Of a stretch of DNA of 16,160 nucleotides, positions 7,521 to 15,241 are shown in pieces; position 1 is the first letter of the stretch, and each line of letters opens with the position of its first letter. The position numbers and the translations under genes are program-made. The DNA is from Candidatus Heimdallarchaeota archaeon (GTDB taxonomy: Archaea; Asgardarchaeota; Heimdallarchaeia; JABLTI01). The notes under the pieces are model-generated. The model saw only the letters and a program-made list of their open reading frames with translations. It did not search any database and was not told where the DNA came from. The stretch is from contig JAHLVW010000040.1 in assembly GCA_019058275.1 (NCBI GenBank), positions 1-16,160 of the forward strand, in the 5' to 3' direction.

Positions 7521-9032
7521 ACTTTTAATTTCTTTATAATCTATGAAGCTTGCTCGATAGATGTTTATTGCAGCGATGTAATCACGGTCTGCGGTGAAGC
7601 CACATTGGGGGCAGTGGAACCAGCGAGCTCTTTTATTTTCAATCAGGTTGTTTGGTCCGAGAACTTTCACTCCTTTAGCAGTGCAGCGAGGGCAGTGTGA
7701 TGAGGTATTCCACGGGCAGACCTTTTGCAAGGTAAGCCCTTGCTCTTTGCACTTGTATTCTAAGAGAAAAGCTATTCTTCCTCTAAGCCATTGCGAGAGC
7801 CGGCGAGACCAGCTTCTCCTTCCACGAGGAGGTTTGTAATCTCTGAGGTCTTCTATGACTATTTTCGTGCAGTTCCAGTCGAGAGCAATTTGGATGAGGA
7901 TGTTTGTTGTTGTGTGTGCTAGTTCTTCTCCTAAGCGGTTCCGTTTTTCATAGAGCCTTCTTCGCTCTTCTTGGTATGCTTCCACACCAATTTGCTTGCT
8001 CTCCCTTCTTTTCTTTTGACTTGCGATTTGATGTTGGTTTCCTGCGATATGATCGTAGATTCTTTCGATGTGCCTGTACTGTGAACCCACCAATTTGATA
8101 GTTATCGGTTTTGATATCTGCTTGCCATCCTCGAAAATCGCCATTGTCGCTACTTTTTTCAATCCTTTGTCGATTGCTAACACACGCTCCTTGCTATCGT
8201 TCCTTTTGGGTTGGTTTTTGAACTCCCACGGGAATAGGAGGAAAAAGCATTCCAACCCCCCTTTAAGTTTCTTTTTGTGCAAGGTCGGTTTGAGTGGTTG
8301 GCTGGATATAGCCCCAGCAACTTTCTCTTGTATTTTTTCCGGGATGGCTATTTCGTTTGTTACCCACTCCCAATCGTTTGTGCTTTTTGGCTCTGGTGTT
8401 GTTGGGAGTTTCAGTTCATATTGGATCTTCTCTCCGTCAGCAAAGTATCTTATTGCTTGGTTGTCGTCTGGGGAGTAGGGGAACGCGAAGTGTTGTATTT
8501 TTGGCTTCACAAAATCAGTGTACTTGAAGAACGTGATGCTGATGTCTAATGCTTCATGCAAGTTTTTGATCATTTTAATTGTTTGATCTATCAAGACTTT
8601 CTTATGAAGTGGAAAGCTCTTGCCATTCTTCCCTTCTTTTCTGTATTGCTTCATGATTGCAGTAAGGAGTGTGCTATCCTTTGTTTCGAACCCAAATCGA
8701 ATCATTATTTCCAGGCAATCATAATAGCAGTTCTTGCGCTTGTATTGCCCCCTGATGATCCTTCCTGCCCATTCTGCAGTTCCTCGTCTGATTCGTGATG
8801 GAAGGTAGATTTTCTGCCTGTTCAGCTCTAGTTCTACTTGTGCTTCATTTATGACTTTGTAGGCTTTGAGGTTGCTTTTCCCTAACTGATTTATCCACTC
8901 TTCGCTCCAGAGTTTATCTAGCAATTGCTGAGCTGCTTTTGTTGTGAGTGCTTGGAACCACTGCAGACGCTCATCTCTTGGAAGCTTGAATTGGTAGCTT
9001 TTGGTGGGGATGTTTTTTTTCTTTCGGGGCAT
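7401..9032 (-). CDS. tnpB: TnpB-family RNA-guided endonuclease (large, 543 aa)
   Basis: RuvC-I VLAIDKG, RuvC-II IVIEDL, PWNTSSHCPRC...CPQC zinc ribbon, and RuvC-III DRDYIAAINI. All three catalytic acidic residues are present. The gene is visibly more GC-rich than its neighbours. Confidence 0.93.
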   Translation of the reverse strand: MPRKKKNIPTKSYQFKLPRDERLQWFQALTTKAAQQLLDKLWSEEWINQLGKSNLKAYKVINEAQVELELNRQKIYLPSRIRRGTAEWAGRIIRGQYKRKNCYYDCLEIMIRFGFETKDSTLLTAIMKQYRKEGKNGKSFPLHKKVLIDQTIKMIKNLHEALDISITFFKYTDFVKPKIQHFAFPYSPDDNQAIRYFADGEKIQYELKLPTTPEPKSTNDWEWVTNEIAIPEKIQEKVAGAISSQPLKPTLHKKKLKGGLECFFLLFPWEFKNQPKRNDSKERVLAIDKGLKKVATMAIFEDGKQISKPITIKLVGSQYRHIERIYDHIAGNQHQIASQKKRRESKQIGVEAYQEERRRLYEKRNRLGEELAHTTTNILIQIALDWNCTKIVIEDLRDYKPPRGRRSWSRRLSQWLRGRIAFLLEYKCKEQGLTLQKVCPWNTSSHCPRCTAKGVKVLGPNNLIENKRARWFHCPQCGFTADRDYIAAINIYRASFIDYKEIKSLKDTSPVPYMDSGILHLTVPGGGSEMNCDNLLVAVTGNG

Positions 9033-9046
9033 TTTCGTTCAGTAAA

Positions 9047-9084
9047 ATATATATTAAGCTAGATATATAGCATTTCTTTAAAGA
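9047..9084 (-). promoter_or_regulatory. Putative archaeal promoter of tnpB (short or absent leader)
   Basis: The minus strand has AAAGAAATGC followed by TATATAT about 30-37 nt upstream of the ATG. No SD sequence is present. Confidence 0.35.
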
Positions 9085-9201
9085 GCATGCCGAAAGTATT
9101 CGAAGTTTACTTAAAAGAATAATTAATCAATTAATAATTTGTACAGCTTTTCTAAGAGGTATTTAAGAAGTCAAGAACTAACAAATTATTAGGAGGAATT
9201 A

Positions 9202-10824
9202 ATGATCACTATACGTCTCCACTGGTCAAAGGATCCTTTGCTAATTGATCCCGAACCATTTGAACAAAACAATTGGTTAACTGCTAATGATTTGTTTGAA
9301 AATGACCACAGAGACAAAATCTTCAATTCTATTGATCAATTCCAACTTTATTCGATTGTAGTTCGTAAAATTGATTTCATTACCGGAGAGCGATTATTAC
9401 AATCTTTCCCCTATATTCTCTTGAATGATATGAGGATAAAAAATCTGCGAAAGAACACTTTGTCACTTGCAGAGCGAACCTACTATTATTTCGAAGGAAC
9501 TAAAGCTGATCATTCTATTTGCTTCTGGCAGAAAAAGATCAATAATTATTTGGAAGAGCAAAAGCGTTTGCCTTTTCCCCTCTTTAGACTATATCCTGAT
9601 TGGTTAGAAATTTATGAAGGTAATCAATTTCTCTCTTTCCAATCTGCACGGGGGGAGGGTTTTCAATTACCTCTCTATCTTACTGATGAGTTAACCTATC
9701 TTTCTGGTGTTATTATGGGTGATGGTCATCTTGCCAATTATTTTATCAATATTATTGATTCATCAAAAGAGCATATAGTAAGTCTCACAAAGATATTAGA
9801 AGAGATGTTTCACTCAAAAACAGAATTCTTCAAACAATCCAATGCAGAAGCTTGGAATGTCAACATACTTGGTAAATGGATCGTGAGGTTTTTCAATTTC
9901 CTCACAGGACAACCAATCAATAAGCGAAAATATCCTTCACTACGAGAACCCTTAATTTTCCAAAATAATGAGCTCTTTCGTAGGAAGTTTTGGCAGGGAG
10001 TGATGGACGCAGATGGTAGTTACAAAACAAATATCAGTTTTACTTCTGCATCTCAAAATTTATTTTTTGACTTTACAAATTTCTTAGAACAGAACAAATT
10101 AGACTTTAAAGTATATACTAATAGACTATATGGTGCTAAAACATATTCATTAAATCTTGATGGATTATCACGTAAGATATTTTCTACATTAATTGGTACA
10201 AATCATCCCCAAAAAAAGCAAGAGTTAGAGCAATTATTGAAAAGAAAAATCTATCCTTTTTCTCCTAGAGCATACACATTGATGAAACAGGGAACATGGG
10301 TAGGGAGAGTAGAGAGCTTTCAAGAAGAAAGTTTCATCGAAGGTTTCTTTGACTTTACTAAAGTCCCTTACTTTTGTGTTTCAAATTTAGGTCTCTTTCT
10401 AAAAGAATTACGTAGTAATCTGACTCAAAGAGAATTTGCTGAAAAGCTTTCAATAAACCATGGAAAGTTATCACAATATGAACGAAATGTTATAGCAGTT
10501 CCCACATCAATTCTGAAGGAAATCTTTCTTCAAACAAATCATTCAATTCCGAACTTTTTAAGAAATAATCCTAAATTAGCAATACAAGCTAGAAAGTCTA
10601 AATGTTTATTAGATACAAAACCAACTCCATACCTTTTAGAATTATTACAAGGAATACAAGTGAAAGAGAAAAAATATTTACAATTTATTGGTAGAAATAA
10701 CCAAATATTTGAAGAATATAAGGAAGAATTTTGTATCTATTTCTCAATTGATATACCTCAAAAAAGATTCTTCCGCAATGCTGTTCTCTATGCTTTTATT
10801 AAAGAGTTCTGTATGCTCAAATGA
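9202..10824 (+). CDS. Free-standing double-motif LAGLIDADG endonuclease-like protein with XRE-type HTH
   Basis: AGGAGG at 9191-96. Motif 1 LTYLSGVIMGDGHL and motif 2 FWQGVMDADGSY. HTH LKELRSNLTQREFAEKLSINHGKLSQYERN. No intein splicing termini. Confidence 0.85.
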   Translation: MITIRLHWSKDPLLIDPEPFEQNNWLTANDLFENDHRDKIFNSIDQFQLYSIVVRKIDFITGERLLQSFPYILLNDMRIKNLRKNTLSLAERTYYYFEGTKADHSICFWQKKINNYLEEQKRLPFPLFRLYPDWLEIYEGNQFLSFQSARGEGFQLPLYLTDELTYLSGVIMGDGHLANYFINIIDSSKEHIVSLTKILEEMFHSKTEFFKQSNAEAWNVNILGKWIVRFFNFLTGQPINKRKYPSLREPLIFQNNELFRRKFWQGVMDADGSYKTNISFTSASQNLFFDFTNFLEQNKLDFKVYTNRLYGAKTYSLNLDGLSRKIFSTLIGTNHPQKKQELEQLLKRKIYPFSPRAYTLMKQGTWVGRVESFQEESFIEGFFDFTKVPYFCVSNLGLFLKELRSNLTQREFAEKLSINHGKLSQYERNVIAVPTSILKEIFLQTNHSIPNFLRNNPKLAIQARKSKCLLDTKPTPYLLELLQGIQVKEKKYLQFIGRNNQIFEEYKEEFCIYFSIDIPQKRFFRNAVLYAFIKEFCMLK

Positions 10825-10844
10825 GTAGTGTTGAAAATAGACTG

Positions 10845-10940
10845 TTCTCGCAATGTCTTTGCTAGTCGCAGATTCGCGGTCACTACAAGCCCACTTACAG
10901 TGGTCTTGCTTAACGTTCTATCGCGGGAAACTATTGAGAA
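10845..10940 (+). ncRNA. Candidate structured RNA (four nested stems), family unknown
   Basis: GC-rich island in an AT-rich spacer. Stems: 10845-54/10933-40, 10858-62/10868-72, 10873-80/10920-27, 10886-95/10899-908. Confidence 0.4.
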
Positions 10941-11015
10941 GTAAGTATTTTTTCTAATAAAAAAGCAGATATTGAAGATTAGATAAATCAGAAAGGAACG
11001 TCTTTTTTTCTGGCG

Positions 11016-11127
11016 TTTATATAGTCTATATATTTTTGTCGGTGTTTTTTTAGTTCTTTATAAATAAAATTCCAGGAAGTAATAGTAGAAGTAAAAATTG
11101 AGTTAATTATGTGCTTTTTCTTGGAGA
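11016..11127 (+). promoter_or_regulatory. Putative promoter/operator region of the cas1-fusion operon
   Basis: TTTATATA (11016-23) and TTTATAAA (11057-64) TATA-like boxes, perfect palindrome TATATAG-T-CTATATA (11018-32), and GGAGA (11123-27) before the ATG. Confidence 0.4.
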
Positions 11128-11133
11128 GATTCC

Positions 11134-14100
11134 ATGAGTTCCACCGTTTATCCTAAAAAACGATTGCCAATCAGTGTATCGCTAGGTATCACCACGCAAT
11201 TATCTGGTTCTGAGACATTTTTTGATGATAGATTTGCATCTCTCTCGGAAGAGGAACTGAAAACGATATTATTCAATAGTGGTTCTCTTGCGTTTATTTG
11301 CAAAGACCAAAAGAGACAAAAATCGAAGCTCAGTGAGTTCCTAATCTTCCTAACTATCAGACGTGCTCTAGCACTAAAGAGCCATACAAAAAAACCTGTG
11401 ATGGTCGTTGTTTATTCTTGGCAAATTGGCAAGCAAGTTGCTACCGAGCTTGCAAGGCATACCACTGATTACAAACTCTACAATATGATCAGTAAAATAA
11501 AGGATAAAATCAACAAAGATTTGAAAGTAAAACTTCATACGCAAGCGGATTTCATCCTCTTAACCTACCACCAACTCCGAGACATTGTTTTTGATGTCAA
11601 GTGTCCAAAAGTCGAGCAGATTATCTTTGTTAACCCCCTTACAAAATACAACAGCCATCGTGAGGTTATTGCTTTAGATGACATTACTGCGGTTTTACAC
11701 AAGCACAAACGAAGAAAGGTGCAATTCACCTACGTATTTGATGCCAATTACTTTCCTGTCATGCAGAAAAAGGATTACCAATATCTCCTTGATGTTGATG
11801 ATTGCCTGTTCTTTGGTTGCAATGAAAAGCCTGTGAGCCTTTACAACAACATACTAAGCTCTGTTTTAGAGTACCTTGCAGATGAGCATATACAGTTTTT
11901 CATCTGGCGAGAGCTATACCGAAAAAGAGGACTATTTTCTGGATTAGTTCAGCAGTTCAAGAAGTCATTAACCTATAAATTGCATGTATTAAGTAATGGT
12001 CTTTACCCAAAGGACCTTGCAGACCAAGGAGAGACTGCTTTTATCAAATATGGTTTAAGAGAAAAAGCTGATATTGATAAAGAGATCAAAGGTAAAATAG
12101 GCAAAACCCTTCAACTTTTCACGAAAAAAACCACAAAAACGATCATAGGAGAGAAACAAGTTGATTTTGAACATCAGAAGATAACATATTCCTGGGAAGA
12201 ACCGATTGAAACACCGCCATTTTTGCCTTTAGTTGAAAAAAAGAGAGAAAATCATTACTATTACCTTACAGAATTAGGAGAGACAGTATTTACTTCTGCA
12301 TCGCATCATGCAGGCGCGAAAATAAGGTTTTCAACCTTTTTGCATGAGACATCAAACAGGCTTTTTAGAAAGAAAAAATCTCCCGCGAAGTTCACTCTTG
12401 AAGAGATCATAAACTTGTATAGAGTGCTTATTGGCATTGATCCCGAAGAGTTGCCAGATACAATCAAAGACTGTATAGCTGTTGATGCTGATCAAACAGA
12501 CCAAGAATTAGCTTACACCTTCGATAGCTTCATTGAACGAGAATTTGGCTTCATAATAAAGGACTACTCAAACCATGCAGCGAAAACGTTGCTAAACTCA
12601 TTTGAAGAATTTATGGATGAAAATGCGTTATTTTTTTTCAACAGACTAAAAAACTACAAGGAGAAAAAGAAACGAGCAAGAAAAGAAGACCTTCCAGAAG
12701 CAATCCTCAAGACAGTGAAATATAAACCGCTGCTGATCGGGAAAGTCAGCCAAAAACTCAATTTAGATTATAACCTGATAAGCAGAGAGCTGAAAAAGCT
12801 AGAAACTCAAGAACTTGTTGTTGCCATTAAAACAATGATTAATGACGGTAGCACCCGTTTGAAATATTGCCAACCAGAGGTGCTGAAGCAATACCCTTAT
12901 CTCAAGAAGGAGTGCGGCATTTGTACGCTTTACAAAAAACGATTTAATAGCTGCCCTTTTCTTAAACTTATAGACATTTACAATCCAACTCAGTTCCCCA
13001 CAGGCTTTCGTGAGTATGTGTGCAATGCTGTCAGAGAAACTGCTACACCATGTAAATACCTCGATGAACATTTGGATTTGGAAATTGAGGGAGAACAAGT
13101 CAGATATACTATAACCATAGAAGCACTTGCACAAAAGATGAGAATAGTTGAGGGGTCATTTCTTTTGGGACAAGAAGGGGTAAAATATTCCTGTGTAAAT
13201 TGCCAAACAGTGATCGAGGAATTTGGCACAGGAGAGGAGCTCTTTTTCCCACGGAGACGAATTCTATGCCCAAATTGCGCGACAGGATACTACCGAAAAG
13301 ATGAGCAGACTGTTCTGATTCAGACAGAGCACAGAGACGTTCTTCGTGGAAAATATTTTGAGCTCACAGGCTCGATACCAAAGATCCTGAAAGAAGGGGA
13401 ACCATCGTATGCTTATGTCATCTATGACAATGAAGAAGCAGATCTACTTATGAATAAGGAAAATTCAATGGTGCTTGAAATATGCAAACATAAAGTTCCC
13501 CTTAAGAAAGTCCAGTACATCTACTTTGCAGGGAAAGAACATCAGAGGCTCGAGAGATTCCTAACACATCTCTCAAACATTAGACCTGAAAGGTTTAATT
13601 ATTCAATTAATCGCTCTCCACAAAAAGAGGAAGAGGAACTAGCGCTAAGGGAGGGTTGTGAACCGTTCACTTCTGAACAGTACCATAAAGTCCATGAATT
13701 AATTGCTTTCATTTCCGAAGAAGAACTGTTAAACAATCCCTTTCTGAGAGGAAGGCACCTATCGAATATTGGTGCTTTGTTGAAATATCGACGAGAAGCT
13801 TCTGAGAAGAATGAATACCTAACCAGTATTAATAGGCAATTGTATGAAATGGTCGATCTCTTGCTCATCGTTCAAGCAGGTGTGAAGTCTAGCTACTATG
13901 GTCGACAGCTCGAAGGGCAAAGCCAAAATTGCCTCTATGATTTGTTGAAAGAAGAGGGAGAAAAAATGGGTCTCTGGACACATGGACGAGTGATCTCAAG
14001 GTTAGTAAAAGACTTGTTCTTATCTTCTACAGTAAAAGTTAGCAATGCTCGCGCTCCTCTAGATGCACTCCTCAACCAGGTGCTACGACAATTTCGGTCT

Positions 14101-15237
14101 ATAATCAACAAGGTGTTTAGAAAGATCGGATTAAATCCCTACTCGCTAGGAGCGGGATTGATACATAAGAGAAAAACAAAATCGGACATCGACCAGAAAG
14201 GACTCTACTTTGACTTCATTGAACCTGTAGGCTCTCTAGCTTTGATCACATTGCTTAGAGCTATAACAGAAGGCTTGTTCTCTGATGATGACTGTTCTCT
14301 CGAACTGGCAGGCAGCGGTCAGCTGATTTACCGTGTAAAACAATCATCCCTCGAGAAGATTGAGGAAATGGTTGAGAAAGCATTAGCCGAGCTTGTGTAT
14401 TATAGAGGAGAGAAGATAACTTTTCTAGCAGCTTTTGAGGAGAATCTATTATCCTTCAAACAAGCAATGCAACTCTGTTTTGACAAATGTGCTGATGGCA
14501 AGGAGCTATCTTCTAAAATTATCAGTCAAAGTTTGAAGATAGTTGGCTTCATTCCCTTTGTTTACTGCCCCGTAGGTTGTGAAGAAGAACTAGACATAAT
14601 CAATAAATTTGCTGTTAAGTATTCATCCTTCTTTGAGGAGCGCGAGGAGCAAGTGTTAGAAGCAAGGGAAAAGCGGACGGTCTTTAGAATAGTAGCAAAG
14701 AAAAAATGGTGGCAAAGTAATGGGGAACGCGGAAAGAAGAAGCTACAATTAACAAAATACCAAGCAAGAGAACAGGAGCGAAGTTTGTTGGTAGCCTTAG
14801 TTTTACTTTATCTTGATTTTCAAATGCATGGCTTAGATAATTATTATTCAACAAGGGAACTCCGAGGAATGCTTCACTTAACTCAGAACCAAGCTCAAAG
14901 GATCCTAACTAAAATGGTTGCTCAAGGGCTATTGCAGAAAATGAGATACAAAAAACAAAGCTTCTACCAGTTTAATTTTGATAATAGAACGGTTCAAGAG
15001 CTGCTCTTCACTTTAGAACAAATTCCTTGTGAGGATAAGAAGATGCGGCTGAAATTTCTGAGAAATTCAGGCAATGTTATTGAAAGGATGAATTCTCTCT
15101 TGTTAAAAGTTCAGCAAATCAAAGAAGGGCTGTCTGTAAATGTTGGCTGGAAAAGCTGGAAATTGCCTCAAGGCATTGAACAAATCATCGAGCTGTATGG
15201 CGAAAAAACAGGATTATGTTTAAAAGCCGAGGGATAA
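11134..15237 (+). CDS. cas1: Giant multidomain Cas1 homologue (Asgard aCas1-like): degenerate Hel308/Ski2-like module, wHTH, two Cys clusters, Cas1, wHTH
   Basis: Cas1 N-lobe-like AYVIY...KVPLKKVQYIYFAG from about aa 760. Catalytic lobe: RQLEG (E927), ARAPLDALLN, GLNPY..GLIH (H1011), GLYFDFIEP (D1027/E1030), followed by DDC...YRV...VYYRGEKITF. C-terminal wHTH YSTRELRGMLHLTQNQAQRILTKMVAQGLL. Confidence 0.82.
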   Translation: MSSTVYPKKRLPISVSLGITTQLSGSETFFDDRFASLSEEELKTILFNSGSLAFICKDQKRQKSKLSEFLIFLTIRRALALKSHTKKPVMVVVYSWQIGKQVATELARHTTDYKLYNMISKIKDKINKDLKVKLHTQADFILLTYHQLRDIVFDVKCPKVEQIIFVNPLTKYNSHREVIALDDITAVLHKHKRRKVQFTYVFDANYFPVMQKKDYQYLLDVDDCLFFGCNEKPVSLYNNILSSVLEYLADEHIQFFIWRELYRKRGLFSGLVQQFKKSLTYKLHVLSNGLYPKDLADQGETAFIKYGLREKADIDKEIKGKIGKTLQLFTKKTTKTIIGEKQVDFEHQKITYSWEEPIETPPFLPLVEKKRENHYYYLTELGETVFTSASHHAGAKIRFSTFLHETSNRLFRKKKSPAKFTLEEIINLYRVLIGIDPEELPDTIKDCIAVDADQTDQELAYTFDSFIEREFGFIIKDYSNHAAKTLLNSFEEFMDENALFFFNRLKNYKEKKKRARKEDLPEAILKTVKYKPLLIGKVSQKLNLDYNLISRELKKLETQELVVAIKTMINDGSTRLKYCQPEVLKQYPYLKKECGICTLYKKRFNSCPFLKLIDIYNPTQFPTGFREYVCNAVRETATPCKYLDEHLDLEIEGEQVRYTITIEALAQKMRIVEGSFLLGQEGVKYSCVNCQTVIEEFGTGEELFFPRRRILCPNCATGYYRKDEQTVLIQTEHRDVLRGKYFELTGSIPKILKEGEPSYAYVIYDNEEADLLMNKENSMVLEICKHKVPLKKVQYIYFAGKEHQRLERFLTHLSNIRPERFNYSINRSPQKEEEELALREGCEPFTSEQYHKVHELIAFISEEELLNNPFLRGRHLSNIGALLKYRREASEKNEYLTSINRQLYEMVDLLLIVQAGVKSSYYGRQLEGQSQNCLYDLLKEEGEKMGLWTHGRVISRLVKDLFLSSTVKVSNARAPLDALLNQVLRQFRSIINKVFRKIGLNPYSLGAGLIHKRKTKSDIDQKGLYFDFIEPVGSLALITLLRAITEGLFSDDDCSLELAGSGQLIYRVKQSSLEKIEEMVEKALAELVYYRGEKITFLAAFEENLLSFKQAMQLCFDKCADGKELSSKIISQSLKIVGFIPFVYCPVGCEEELDIINKFAVKYSSFFEEREEQVLEAREKRTVFRIVAKKKWWQSNGERGKKKLQLTKYQAREQERSLLVALVLLYLDFQMHGLDNYYSTRELRGMLHLTQNQAQRILTKMVAQGLLQKMRYKKQSFYQFNFDNRTVQELLFTLEQIPCEDKKMRLKFLRNSGNVIERMNSLLLKVQQIKEGLSVNVGWKSWKLPQGIEQIIELYGEKTGLCLKAEG

Positions 15238-15241
15238 TAAG

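Noticed and set aside
7473-8798. Six short plus-strand ORFs inside tnpB
   Set aside because: Antisense shadows of a well-supported gene, with no motifs.
7401-9032. Fanzor assignment
   Set aside because: The RuvC-II glutamate is in the canonical TnpB position (IVIEDL) and there is no DPG motif.
7363-11000. 9-bp inverted match CGTTCCTTT (7363-71) / AAAGGAACG (10992-11000) as TIRs around tnpB plus LAGLIDADG
   Set aside because: The match does not extend, there is no target-site duplication, and DUF1295 sequence does not resume after 11000. The left copy is better explained as an IS607 end and omegaRNA pseudoknot strand.
9033-11133. CRISPR array or mini-array near tnpB or cas1
   Set aside because: No repeat-spacer-repeat pattern in either intergenic region (9033-9201, 10825-11133), so TnpB is not called Cas12 here.
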